Source: Eutreptiella sp. 'Long Island Sound 2002' (Eukaryota; Protista; Euglenida). Taken from it: a stretch of DNA of 64,000 nucleotides. The translations under genes and the position numbers were made by a program. The notes beneath the pieces were generated by a model. The model searched no databases. It was not told the DNA's origin and worked only from the letters and a program-made list of their open reading frames with translations. Positions 48,126 to 59,908 of the stretch are shown piece by piece. The stretch lies in contig OZ038378.1 of the NCBI GenBank assembly GCA_964036045.1, positions 33,108,001 to 33,172,000 of the forward strand, written 5' to 3'. How positions within the stretch are numbered: position 1 is the stretch's first letter; every line of letters begins with the position of its first letter.

Positions 48126-50584
48126 TCCGATTTCTTGTTTTTCAAAGTTTTTCCTCCCCCCCCCCCACCCCACACCCCGACCCCAATCCCGTGCTGCTTG
48201 ATTTGTTGGTTCAAAGACGATATGCCCATGTCCATCCATACACCCCTTGATGTACACGAGACTCTTAAAGAATTTCTCGCTTCCTTGCTGCAGATCATTT
48301 TCAGAATACCACCAAAATGGGAATCGCACGCCCACAACGGCATGGCTTTGTGAGAGCGATATTGCCCCCTGCTATCCCGAGTTTTTGAGAAGAAAACGGG
48401 TTGTGACAGCATTGCTTTGGCCGGTAAAACCTGACAATGAATGGCAACAGTGGCTACCGGTTTCCTCCCCAAATGCATTGGTTGCCCTCACCTCCTTCCT
48501 CCCTTCCCTCCTCAATAAGTGCCGCCGATATGCCCTGAACGCTGCAGCATTAAGAACAAACATGTGCCCCCTCGTTTCGGGCATTGATTGGCACAGGTAT
48601 CCCTGGTTGTCGAGCCAGATCAAAGGTTTCATAAAAGACCCACGTTTTTTTGATATTTTTCCCTTCCGCGAAACGGATTCTTGGGTAAACGAGGGGAAGT
48701 AGTTTGAAAAGCTGCACTCGGGCACGAGATAGCCGTGACGAGCAATGTGTAGTGCAGAGTGAGTAGCGGGGGGGGGGGGGCAGTCAGCACCGGGGAACAC
48801 ACATGGTTGTCCCACCAAACAGGAGTCTATCTACGTGTTGAGGGATGTGTGGACAGTGGAAGGGATACTATGTGCAGGATGACGTGAGCACACAGCGGGC
48901 ATACATTTATTTTTTCTTTGTCTGCACAAGAAAGCCTGACACGTACACACTTGATGATAGTTCCCCATCGCCGAATAACATATAGTACGCTCAAAGTGTT
49001 TTTGACAGCATCACAAAAGGGTGGGGTATGGTAGGCGACGGAGCGAAACGTTTCATGCGTGTGTGCATACAACGAGCAAAGAGAACATGGTCCGACCTTA
49101 CCCAAGGGGGAGGGGGGTGACTTTCCAATTTATAACAAGGGGTATATTTTGGCCAATCTACTTTTTTCGATTTGGCTTCAAAAAGTTGGTTAAGACTTGT
49201 TTCGTATTGTCACCAATGTTGATTTCTCCACATGCCGGAGAACCCAAGAAAGTAGAGGTTATGTAGCCACTTTGAAAACAATTCATAGCCCTTGCTTGTG
49301 TCAATTTTGTTGATATCTTCACAACATTGTGTTCAACCTTTATCATGCCACGACAACGTGCTTCCGAGGTGCCGAGCATTCAGCTTGATGCCAAAACTGG
49401 TGAGGTTGACCTACCGCAAAGAAAATTCGTCCCCGGAATTCTTTGTGGCATGACTCGAGCCTTGTTGTATGGTGGGGTTACAAGGCCAAGTGGTCTAGAC
49501 ATTTGCTTAGATTCCTTGTGGAGTGACACCAAAGTGCAGAAGTTGGGGCTGTTGGAATTCTGACAAGCATCACACTAAAAAACAGAAAAACTTGGTGTGA
49601 CAGCAAGGGCTGCAAGGTGCAACGGGGGGGGGGGCGCTGGGCTTGGGTCCTTTACGCCAACCCCCCCCCCCCCCCCTCAGAAATGGGCACCGACCATCGG
49701 CGGCAAAGGCGCCCAACAGCAAATTTTGCCGGATGTGGCAAAAGGTGAAAAATTGTGTTTTCACCCCATGTGTCTATACTCAATATACTCCGAATTTTCA
49801 GCGGAATTCAATAATGGGCAAAAATGGGTGTTATAGAAGCCCGAAATGATTACCCCACCTCTGAGCAAAGTTTCTCAAAGATGGACACCACCTTTGTTGG
49901 TGGGACACTGTACTCACCAATAGAGGGTCCCTAGTTCAATTCCTGGTGGTGGCAAAAGGCAGCCACTCGGGTACAACCGTGGTAATGGCTTGAAGGTGTG
50001 CTTTCTTTTTTTCCACATAGCCGAACAATAGTCTACTATGCAAAGGTAGGTGGCATGCAGCCAATTCTGATTTGTTCCCCTTGTTGGGGACCCCCGAGAC
50101 CGCAAGGGTTACTTAGCATTGCCTCGGGGATGCTATGCCCTTCAACACAAGTACCAACTACCATGCCCCCCCCCCCCCCACCCCAGTTGCAATATTTTTG
50201 CCCCTACATCTGTACCTACATATGTACTGTAGCGGGAAGGACTCGGTGTATGGCCCGTTGCTACGCCCCCCCCGTCGCAGGGTCCTCAAATAGGGGCTCC
50301 CGGAACTATGACAAGAATCAGAACAAAAATTACAATTTTTGTGTTTGACAAGCAAGGGCCGCAGGATGTGGAAACGGGACTTTGGGACCTATGGTAAGCA
50401 TGACACGAAGAAGTAAAAATCCGTTGTACTGCTGCAAGGGTTCTAGGGTGCTATTTCACCCCGCTTCTAGGTCAATGGTCAAACATATCCCCTTTTTCAG
50501 TGGCCAAGTTTTGAAATGTGCAAAAAGTACCCAAACTACCTGTTTTTTCCAGTGAACTGAAACTTTTTGTTCACACCCCGCAAC

Positions 50585-51878
50585 ACCACGCAACAAAGCG
50601 TGGATTGGAGTCCCTAACCCCAACTCAAGCGGCCACGCAGCAAAGCGTGGATTCAAAGTCCCTAACCCCAACTCAAGAGGCCAGACAACATAGCGTGGGC
50701 TGGAGTCCCCTACCCCAAGTCAAGGGGCCCCGCAACAAAGCATGAATTGCGAGTCCCTAACCCCAATTCAAGGGGCCACCCAACAAAGCATTTGTTGAGA
50801 GTCCCTAGCCCCAAGTCAAGGGGTCACGCAGCAAAGGATGGATTGAGAGTCCCGAACGCCAACTCAAGGGGCCACCCAACAAAGCGTGGATTGAAAGTCC
50901 CTAACCCCGAGTCAAGAGGCCATGCAAAAGAGCGTGGCTTGGAGTCCCTAAACCCAACTCAAGGGGCCACGCACCAAAGCGTGCATTGAGAATCCCCAAC
51001 TCCCACTCAAGGGGCCACACAGCAAAGGATGGATTGCGAGTTCCTAACCCCAGCTCAAGCGGCCATGCACCAAAGCATGGAGTGAGAGTCCCTAGCCCCA
51101 ACTCAAGGGGCCACGCAACAAAGGATGGATTGAGAGTCCCTAACTCCAACTCAAGGGGCCACACAACAAAGCGTGGATTGAGGGTCCCCAACCCCCCAAC
51201 TCAAGAGGTCAAGCAACAGAGCGTTGATTCAGAGTCCCTAACCCCAACTCAAGGGGCCACGCAACAACGCATGGATTGGAGTCCCTTATCCCAACTCAAG
51301 GGGCCACGCAACAAAGCATGGATTGGAGTCCCTAACCCCAACTCAAGGGGCCACGCAACAAAGCACGGATTGAGAGTCCCCAATCGCAAGCCAAGGGCCC
51401 AACGAACAAAGCGTGGACGGAGAGTCCCTAGCCCCAACTCAAGGGGCCACACACCAAAGCATGGATTGGAGTCCTCAACCCCAACTCAAGGGGCCACACA
51501 CCAAAGCGTGGATTGTGAGTCTGTAACCCCAACTCAAGGGGCCACGCAACAAAGCGTGGATTGGAGTCCCCAACCCCAACTCAAGGGGCCACGCAACAAA
51601 GCCCGGATTGAGAGTCCCTAACCCCAACTCAAGGGGACACGCAAGAAAGCGTGGATTGTGAGTCCCTAACCCCAACTCAAGCAGCCACGCAACAAAGCGT
51701 GCATTGAGGGTCCCTAACCCCAATGCAAGAGGCCACGCGACAAAGCGTGGATTGAGAGCCCCTAACCCCGACTCAAGGGGCCACGCAACAAAGCGTGGAT
51801 TGAGAGTCGCTAACCCCAACTCAAGGTGCCACGCAACAAAGCGTGGTTTGACAGTCCCTAACCACAACTCAAGGGGCC
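50585..51878. repeat. 47-48-bp minisatellite, about 27 copies
   Basis: Consensus AAAGCGTGGATTG(A)GAGTCCCTAACCCCAACTCAAGGGGCCACGCAAC. Confidence 0.95.
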
Positions 51879-52933
51879 TCTTCGAAATGAAATCGTTTTC
51901 CACACCTTGCCTCGCAGGTACAGATCTGCTAGAGCTCCTCCAAGTCACAAATTACAGGTTCCTTCACCTCCACCTTCACATCCGCCGGATCGACAACGAA
52001 TTTACATTTTGGTCGGGAGCGAGTACCATTCACAAGCAGACTTGCTCAGTGTTTGTCTCTTGTCCACAATCGCGCAGCCTCTGGTCTGCACGAATGCCGC
52101 GAAAATGTTCTGGGAGATTGCCTGCACGCATGGCATCTGCCCCAAGGTCCACTACTCGGCCCCGGAGTTCACGCGCCTGACGGGCCGAATGGGTTCAGTG
52201 CATACCCGGAGCATCGACAGCCCTAGGGGTGGGGCTTTAAAACCCGATCCCCTGCTCCGAACTGGTGCACATACAGCTGTAGTCCCGTCCGGTGGTCGCC
52301 GTGATGAGGTCCCGAAAGTGGACAAACTCTGTGGCATGGGCGACCCCTAGGGGGCTGTGTCCCCTGTGTGTTGATGTGAGGCTGTGTTGTGCCTTCTTGC
52401 TCACCTCGCCGAGGGACCGCATGGCGGGCGGCCGAAGCGCGAGGTTTCCCGGTCCGCGTGCCAAGAAGGTGAAGGATGATATCCGCGTCCACTGTGTTGA
52501 GGCATGGCCGCTGTCGGGCATACCGCAGTCGGAGGGAGGTGGCCAGTCCTTCGCCGTCAGGCATCGTGCAAGGGATGGCCACCACCCATGTGCGGAACCT
52601 GCCGGCGGCCAGGGCTGCCCCGGGGGCCTGCCTGCAGGGACCCCCCCCCCCCCAAAGGCACTTTCTGAGTGTCTATTTTTTTTCGACTTTCAACACCTCA
52701 TGGATCATACATCACAAGTGGACGCCCGGATTGTGTCCAACTCACTGACTACACCAACACTCCGGCAGCCGCTCCCGGACAACGGCGGGTCGCTGGCGGA
52801 CTCTTCCAAGAGCATCCCACGAAGCATCGACAGGAGATGGCGGATGATACCAGGGGACGGCAGGATCGTCGGCAAGGCAAACGCCAAGGCGGACAGCCGG
52901 CCTCACGCTGATCTACTGCCGCAGAAGAGTTCT

Positions 52934-53532
52934 GACAAAATTCCCAATTTTATGCTGCAGTTTGGATACCCGTTTGCACGGGACCCCAAAAACCCTCGAA
53001 GTGGGAACGGAGATCCTGAGCCCAAGCTTTCAAGTTTGGTGACCAAGACGTGCAGCGCAATGCAGGAGACAACATACCTAATGAGCTGGAAGTGCAACGC
53101 AATGCAGGAGGCAACATTCCTAATGAGCTGGAGGTGCAGCGCACTGCAGGAGGCAGCATTCCTAATGAGCAAGAAGTGCAGCGCCATGCAGGAGGCACCA
53201 TTCCTAATGAGCTGGAAGTGCAGCACAATGCAGGAGGCAACGTTCCTAATGAGCTGGAAGTGCGGCGCAATGCAGGAGGCAACATTCTTAATGAGCTGGA
53301 AGTGCAGCACAATGCAAGAGGCAACATTTCTAATGAGCTGGCAACAAGCCCCGTGCCCTGTCGCGGAGGGTCTCACTGGTGTTATGCCACCGGTGAGAAC
53401 ACGGACCTGTTCCCCTCCAAGCGCCCCGTCTTTGGATATGTGAAGGATGGGTTTGACGTCATTATGAAGATCAGTAACACCCCAACCGACTGCCGCGACA
53501 GCCCGCAGGATCCGGGGGGAGGATTCAAATGA
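52934..53532 (+). pseudogene. Divergent cyclophilin-type PPIase-like segment with internal tandem amplification and one frameshift
   Basis: IPNFMLQFGYP...SGNGDPEP; 1-nt shift at about 53025; then RNAGGNIPNE x7, ISNE...GGSH...KRPVFGYVKDGFDVIMKISNTPTDCRDSP. Confidence 0.7.
53050..53343 (+). repeat. 7 x 42-bp tandem repeat (VQRNAGGNIPNELE)
   Basis: Units start at 53050 and recur every 42 bp up to 53302. Confidence 0.95.
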
Positions 53533-53999
53533 TCAATATTGAGAGGATTAATTGATTGTCTTGGACATGCGCGTAGTTGAGCCCCGTTGCTCGGTTGCAT
53601 CTGGACACCTGTCAGGAGCAGTGGCCGAATGCGGCTCCAGTGGAAATGTCACCGGCACATCAGGAGTTAGATGATCAGTTTTGAGCCTGCTTCTTTTCAA
53701 CATGCCGAGCCGACCAGACAGTGACCAGTATATATAGATTTTACATTTTGTTTGATTACAGGCAGCCGAATTTGGTGCTTCAGGGCCCCTCCGGCCCTGA
53801 CCCGACTACCCGCGGTTTCTCTAAGTGTTGGCAACGACTAGTCAGCCTTCGCTCTCTCTGAGTGTCGCTGACGTTTGGGCAGGGGCGTAAAGCTTCCTAT
53901 GGCCCGCTGTTGGATTCCCCAAGACCGAATGAGTGTCGGGGAGCACTGTAGAGCCTCTGCAACGCTTTTAAGCTTCACTTGTGGGTCTCCAGCCGGGGG

Positions 54000-55350
54000 A
54001 ACTCGGAAGGCATGATATTACATTATGTCAAGGTGCAATGATATCGAAGTTGAGATCTTCATGTTGAGGAGCGCTTGAGGTAGACGATTTTGAGGTGCTA
54101 TAGTATTGGTGTTTCGTAAGCAGAGCAGACCTGTGAGCAGGTACACAAAGGAACATTCCAGTCGTGATTAATGCACAATACGAGGAACTGATTGAACTTT
54201 GCGTGGCAATGACCGGTCGCCTGTGACACGGGGGCGTTCGGTAGCCAAGTATCCGTTGCTTCATGGCCCAAAGGCGTTGGACGACGTGTGGCCCCAGGTT
54301 TCTGGGATCCAGTAGTACCTAGTCGGGTTGAGCCATCCCGTGTTGAGGGACGCGGAGTGCCACAGGTCATCGGGGTTGGTGGAGCCAATTTGGTCCACGC
54401 TCCGGGCCATCGTGCAGCCAGGGCTGGCGGACAAGTGATCGTGGAAGCGCACCTCCGCCCTTGTTGAGCGTGCTGGCCGGGGACCGGAGCACCATGAGGT
54501 GTTCCTGTAGCCACGCGGGGTCTCCGCGCTGGTACATCACCACGTGCCTCGTGTCCGCAGGTTGCTCATCCACTGCATGAGCTGCCACATGCGGGTCGTG
54601 GGGCACCCATGTGGCCGCGAGTAGTCTGTGGTCTTGCGGCAGCCCTTGGGGTACGAGCAGGCCCGCTCGTACCTGTATCACAACCCGCTCGGTTGAGAGT
54701 GGCGCCTGCGTTGCCTGGGCGCATTGCTCGTCCGTGGTCACCAGCCACACCGGCGTCAGTGAATGGGGCCTTGGGCGTAAGGGTTCCGGCCATGCCACGT
54801 TAGCGTTAGGTGCCTGATCATCCCCGTCCGCGAGGACGTACCGAAGGATATACATCAGGGCCGCTAGCAAGTGGTATGCGACGCCTCTCGTGGGGCGGGG
54901 GGGGGGGGGGGGCAGGTCGCTTGCTTGGCGGTACCCCCCTACGTGGAGGTGCGATCCATCCGTGGCCACCCGCTGGCCGGTGTGGGCGTCTTGCTTGGCC
55001 CTCATGAGGTGGATGAGCTAGAGGCGGTGGTCCTTTGTGCTGGTGGTGTGGAAGAGATTGGTCAGGGGCTCGTGCCACCCCGGCTGGCTCCTGGGCCCCT
55101 GTTCCCTTTGGTCGTAGTGGAGGTGCTCCTCCTCGCACTAGTGGAGGTACTCCTCACCGCCGCGGGCCAGGGGTCGTCGTTGTCTGGGAAAGGGTGGTGC
55201 GGCCCGTGATGTCCGTGTCACGGTGTCACGTGCGGCACCGTGCCCCCCCCTTCCCTCCCTCCTGGTGCCACCCCTCCACGGCGGGCGTCCGCAAGGCGCG
55301 TGGAGGAACCCACCCCGCAGGCAGACTCAGCCCTGCGGATGAGGCGTATT
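54000..55350 (-). mobile_element. Non-LTR retrotransposon fragment containing RNase H
   Basis: RVATDGS in ORF 54367-55005; later RYYWIPETWGH; upstream frame continues with stops. Confidence 0.55.
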
Positions 55351-58300
55351 ACGCCGACACCCTAGCGACAGCACACCAAAGGCACGGGCGCCACACCAGA
55401 ACAAACACACAGGCGCCCGGCCCCAGTCGCGTGGCACCCCAACGGGTGCCGGGGTGCACTACACAAAAGAGCATGCAGCCACGCGCAAAGAAGTGGCACC
55501 CTCCCCGAGTGCGGTCCCAAACCCCGCTGAAGGGAGCACCATGAAAAAACATGGTGAGTAAGTAGACGCCAGAGGATGCTGGGCGTCCAGTGCCGAGCCC
55601 ACGCTTCGCCGGAAGGAGGGCGTCCTCCGCCCAGACGGTCACACCAACAGCGACACAGACCACCACGGTGCTGGGCCGGCGAGCGTGTTCCACCAAAGCA
55701 AGCGGTGCGAACGCGAGAGCACGGCGAAGCGCGCAACGCGGCGACATCGCGACTGCACCACCCAGGCACAACGACACACAGGAGAGGCAAGCAACCCGAA
55801 GACACGACTAGAGCACTCCCCAGCAGCCCCAGTACCCACACCAGCACACCCCTAGCATGCCCCTGCCCTGCCCCTGCCAGCCGCACATATTGTCCTCTCC
55901 TCTGCAGTTGTCCAAAGCGGCAAGCAAGGACTTCAGCTGACCGGCGGAACAGCCACCAACCCATGCCTGTGTCTCTGCTGCCACAGGCCCCATGCCACCG
56001 TCTTTTACGACCATGTCGCCTGAGAAACAACGTGAGGCCATACGGCTTGCTGAAGTTTGGCCCTTCCTACGAGTGGCCTGGCAGCCTGAGCAGCAGCAGC
56101 TTCTGGGAGACGTACGCCACCGGGCCTCTACCGTCGACGTCAAGATGGTTCCGTTGCTGGGACACCCGCTGTACGTCAGCCCGCAGCTCTGGTGGTTCAC
56201 TCTGACAGCGTCCTATGCCTCAGACCTGGAGTTGGATGCCCTGAAGGATCATGCGCCGCAGCACGCGTGGCACACGTATCCCCAGCTGGTGACCAAGTTC
56301 ATTGCCTGGGCAGCAGCAGCTACTCCTGTGCAACGGCGGGAGTTCCTCCAATTGTGCCGAGCACACATCTCAGAGTTCGGTGACGGCCCGGTCTCCGCCC
56401 TTGACTTCCTCGGCCTGCTGGACCTCATCGCGGGGACTGAGCAGGTGAAGCCAGTTCTGCTCCGAGTATGTGTATTGCACTGGCTGTCCACCTGGGCAGC
56501 CACTCAGGATGTCCTAACGGTGGCTTGCAAGACCCTGCTGCGCCAAGAGAAGGAGGGGAACAAGGTCGGATGGAGCTTCGCCCCCTGCCCCCTGACAGCA
56601 CGCGAATGGCAGGCCGAGCTCACCAAGCATGAGAAGAATGGCAAGTTGCTCACCTCAGATGCCCGTGCGCGCCTCACAGCCTTGTCCATGGCCAAGCCTA
56701 CAGATGAGAAGCCCGCCTCAGCATCCCCAGCCTGGAAACGGGTCCTCCGTGCGGGTGCCCTTGTGGAAGACGAGGACATGCTGCGCCATCTTGATGGCCT
56801 ACGCGCCCTCCCGGACTCCGCCGCCCCTGTGATCGCCACCGCCCTGTCGGCCCTGGTCTCTGAAAGTCAGTTTGACTTGGGCACGCGCACGTCGGTTCAA
56901 CTGGGAGCCGCCAAAACAGCCGCGGAACTCTCACTGGCAGCCAACTTCGCGTGGACGGCATGCTCAGCCGACCAGCGCCCCCGTCTCCGCGTCCAGCTCT
57001 CAGAGTTCCTCCGCGACGTCATGACATCATTTGGCCCAGCAGTGGACTCGTCGGCAGTCAACGAGACGCTCGCACGCCTTGCCCTTGTCGTAGCGGAGGC
57101 CGCCCAGCGCGGATATTCCACCTGGACGACAGCCGCGGCCACCATCAGCCGCTGCGACAGTCTGCCGGCCGCAGTCCTGTCCCCTCTGTCCAAGGCTGTC
57201 AGCCTGGAAACATTCCGCGTTGCCCTACGTGACGCCCTGAGCCTGCTCTTTACTGCTGCTCAGCATGACACCCTTGTGCTGAAAGTCACGGAAGCGCTAT
57301 CCGGCGCCTCCAGCACAGACTGGTTCGTGTCTGGAGCTCTTCGCCCGTCCTCGGCACCGCCCTCCACGCCAGTTCACTCCACCATAGCTCCCTTGACTAC
57401 CTCAGGCGCTGCACGGGCCCTACAGCTCCCGGTCACCCCAGGCTTTCAGCCCCCCACGTCCGCCCCAACCTCTACATGTGTCCGCGTTAGTGCCCTCGAT
57501 GCCTGTGACCCAGTGGAGACATCAAGCGAGCTCAGCGTCGCCCTGGGCACCCCTGTCTATGTAGGTCCGCCTGATGTGGCCCGAGGATTCGGCTTCGTCA
57601 CCATACCCTCAGAGTTGCACCGCAACCTCTTTGCCATGGCACCCAGACGCACTTTCACCTTTCCATCTGGCTCCGAATGTGTCTTCGTTGCCCGCTCCCC
57701 CAACAACGACCCATGGACCCCGCAAGTAGACTACAACCTCAATGTCCTTGTGGCCCACCGACACCCCAGCAGGCCGAACAAGCGCACCCAGAAATCGTCG
57801 TTGAAGCCCCCCAAGTCCCAGCGCCGCGCCCAACACGCACAAGGTGCCAATACCCACCCACCAGACGCCCACCGAGCCGAAGGACAGTTGCAGGCATTCC
57901 CACCGCACGACGGCACCTCCAATCGCCTTGTACACTATGCCCAGGGCCACCCCTGGGATGGACAGCGGAACAACTGACTATACCTCCCTCGCATGATCCC
58001 TGCATGCTGCTCCCCTGTTCCCCATCTCACACAGGTGCTGCTGTCCATCTCATCCGTCGCTCCAGTGGACACCTACCCGCTGCTGGCTGAGGCCCTGGAC
58101 GAAGTCTCCATCAACCCCCACCCCCCAACCACCACTCCGCATGCGATATGTGTCACTTGCGGGTCCTACATCCCTCAATGGATCCCCCGTCCCACACCAT
58201 GCCCCCAGTGCTCGGGCACGTCCATGTACCTCCCAGAGCACATCCCCACCGCCGATATCCACGTCCCCGAGTCGCTACAGATCTTACGCACCCTTCCCCC

Positions 58301-59400
58301 ACCCCTCCTCCAGCACCTCCGGCCGCTCCTGAGGACCATCCTCCTCGACGTGCATCGCCTCCACCAGCAACGCGGCCCCATCCTTGTGTCCCCCCCCGTC
58401 CAAGTGCGTGACCATGTACTAGTCTTCTGGGAACCAGCCGCCCATCGCGCCCATCACCCCCTCTGCACAGGACTTCACTGGTACCATCGCCACGCCCCTC
58501 CGCGAGGTCCATGGGTACTCCGCCCTGACCCACCGCAGCCAGGCCTTACAGTTGTAGCCCCCGTCTGCCACACCTGCGCACGCCCGCACATCGCACCAGC
58601 TGTATTGGTGCCCCCCCTTCCAGCTCAACCCATCAGCCAAGCATTCTGCCCGGACCCCCAAGGCGCCCCCTCCCTCCTCACCCGTGCGGCCTACCTTCGT
58701 GGCCGCGTTCTACTGCCATGTGGCACAGTAGCCCCCGCCATCAACGACACAGCCTCCCCGTGGGGTCACCCCTATGCCCCAGACCTCCCAGCCCCCTCGC
58801 AGCCCCTACCCTACATCCTCCAGGTGACGCAGCGCACCACCTTCACTCCTGTGAGTGGCAACCTGCAGTCCGTGCGCCACTTTGAGGCCAATTTGGGCGG
58901 CCTCGCGGGCCAAACCTCGCTCCTACGCATGTGGCTCCACATCCTGACTCCGGATGTCCTCACCTTGCAGGAGCTGTGGGACTTTGACGGATTGGAGGAC
59001 GTCCTGCCCCCGTACATGACATCACTCACAGGGACTGTGGTCGGGCAGGGACGAGGACTGGCTGTCGCGTGGCGCCGCACCCTCTGTATTCCTGGTTTCA
59101 AGGCCGTGCCCGCCCGGGACACTAGAGAAGACCTCGCAGTAGTCTTGGACACCCGACAGTACGGTCGCCTGCTTGTCATCTCCACCCATATGCCCCCGAA
59201 GCTCCCAGATCGTGCTCGCCACGCGATCATGCGAGCCTGGGCTACTCTCGGCAAGGTCACCGACCCGCGATACTCGCTTACGCAGGGAGATTTCAACATG
59301 TCGTGTGATCAGGGCACTCCTCTGGAGCAAGCCCTTAGGCCGAAGGGGGCCCTGGCCGTCTACACCCCAGTCCTCCCGCGCGGCACCGCCACGCACCAGC
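55350..59400 (+). mobile_element. Young, 3'-truncated non-LTR retrotransposon related to the 31326-40282 element
   Basis: Intact ORF1 and an uninterrupted ORF2 start; 5' boundary approximate; sequence switches before the last APE motif. Confidence 0.8.
55992..57977 (+). CDS. LINE ORF1-like protein (661 aa), helical region plus RRM-like C-terminal domain
   Basis: Long intact ORF; VRVSAL...RGFGFVTI (RNP1-like); homologous pieces in the minus-strand copy. Confidence 0.75.
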   Translation: MPPSFTTMSPEKQREAIRLAEVWPFLRVAWQPEQQQLLGDVRHRASTVDVKMVPLLGHPLYVSPQLWWFTLTASYASDLELDALKDHAPQHAWHTYPQLVTKFIAWAAAATPVQRREFLQLCRAHISEFGDGPVSALDFLGLLDLIAGTEQVKPVLLRVCVLHWLSTWAATQDVLTVACKTLLRQEKEGNKVGWSFAPCPLTAREWQAELTKHEKNGKLLTSDARARLTALSMAKPTDEKPASASPAWKRVLRAGALVEDEDMLRHLDGLRALPDSAAPVIATALSALVSESQFDLGTRTSVQLGAAKTAAELSLAANFAWTACSADQRPRLRVQLSEFLRDVMTSFGPAVDSSAVNETLARLALVVAEAAQRGYSTWTTAAATISRCDSLPAAVLSPLSKAVSLETFRVALRDALSLLFTAAQHDTLVLKVTEALSGASSTDWFVSGALRPSSAPPSTPVHSTIAPLTTSGAARALQLPVTPGFQPPTSAPTSTCVRVSALDACDPVETSSELSVALGTPVYVGPPDVARGFGFVTIPSELHRNLFAMAPRRTFTFPSGSECVFVARSPNNDPWTPQVDYNLNVLVAHRHPSRPNKRTQKSSLKPPKSQRRAQHAQGANTHPPDAHRAEGQLQAFPPHDGTSNRLVHYAQGHPWDGQRNN

Positions 59401-59510
59401 CTACTAGACACACCACCCCGCCGACAAACATCCTACAAGCAGGGCAGGAACCACCAGACACCCACCAGCACACTCCACGACCAAACAACCAGCAAGCGGC
59501 GCTACCGTGA
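57993..59510 (+). CDS. LINE ORF2 N-terminal part: Cys-rich extension plus APE endonuclease (truncated)
   Basis: CVTC, CPQC, CHTC; ANLGGL...PDVLTLQELW...GRGLAVAW...STHMPP...TQGDFN; no SxIDH motif, no RT. Confidence 0.8.
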   Translation: MIPACCSPVPHLTQVLLSISSVAPVDTYPLLAEALDEVSINPHPPTTTPHAICVTCGSYIPQWIPRPTPCPQCSGTSMYLPEHIPTADIHVPESLQILRTLPPPLLQHLRPLLRTILLDVHRLHQQRGPILVSPPVQVRDHVLVFWEPAAHRAHHPLCTGLHWYHRHAPPRGPWVLRPDPPQPGLTVVAPVCHTCARPHIAPAVLVPPLPAQPISQAFCPDPQGAPSLLTRAAYLRGRVLLPCGTVAPAINDTASPWGHPYAPDLPAPSQPLPYILQVTQRTTFTPVSGNLQSVRHFEANLGGLAGQTSLLRMWLHILTPDVLTLQELWDFDGLEDVLPPYMTSLTGTVVGQGRGLAVAWRRTLCIPGFKAVPARDTREDLAVVLDTRQYGRLLVISTHMPPKLPDRARHAIMRAWATLGKVTDPRYSLTQGDFNMSCDQGTPLEQALRPKGALAVYTPVLPRGTATHQPTRHTTPPTNILQAGQEPPDTHQHTPRPNNQQAALP

Positions 59511-59859
59511 AACACCAGCAAACACGCACTCCCCGGGCACAAGGCAAAGCCCGCAGCAGGAGCAAGAACAGGAGAGAAGCGGCACAGCCGCGAAGGGGAG
59601 CGTATACAACGGGACAAGGCGCCAGCAAGGTGGATCCCGGCGTGCCTTCCCCGGACCAGCCGCAACGACGTCGTGCGCCGCTAGCGCACGCCTTGCCAGC
59701 AGAGCGACGCGACAGGCTGCACCCCTCCCGTCGCTATGGGTGGCTCTGGGTAAAGCCGCGCTCGTGACCGCCGGCGGCCGCTCTCAACCGGCAAGGCGTG
59801 AGGCTGCCTCCGAGGTAAGCCAATAGCGTACGGCCATCCTGAACCTGAACCTGAACCCT

Positions 59860-59873
59860 TCCCTCCCTCTCTC

Positions 59874-59906
<33 letters not shown>

Positions 59907-59908
59907 TT
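59860..59908. repeat. (CT)n microsatellite
   Basis: Direct inspection. Confidence 0.9.

Noticed and set aside
52060-52170. Tubulin-like FWEIACTHGICP
   Set aside because: No GQCGNQ or any other tubulin motif; probably chance.
50747-52180. 16-aa repeat protein ORFs
   Set aside because: Mixed 47/48-bp units keep shifting frame; no evidence for a gene.
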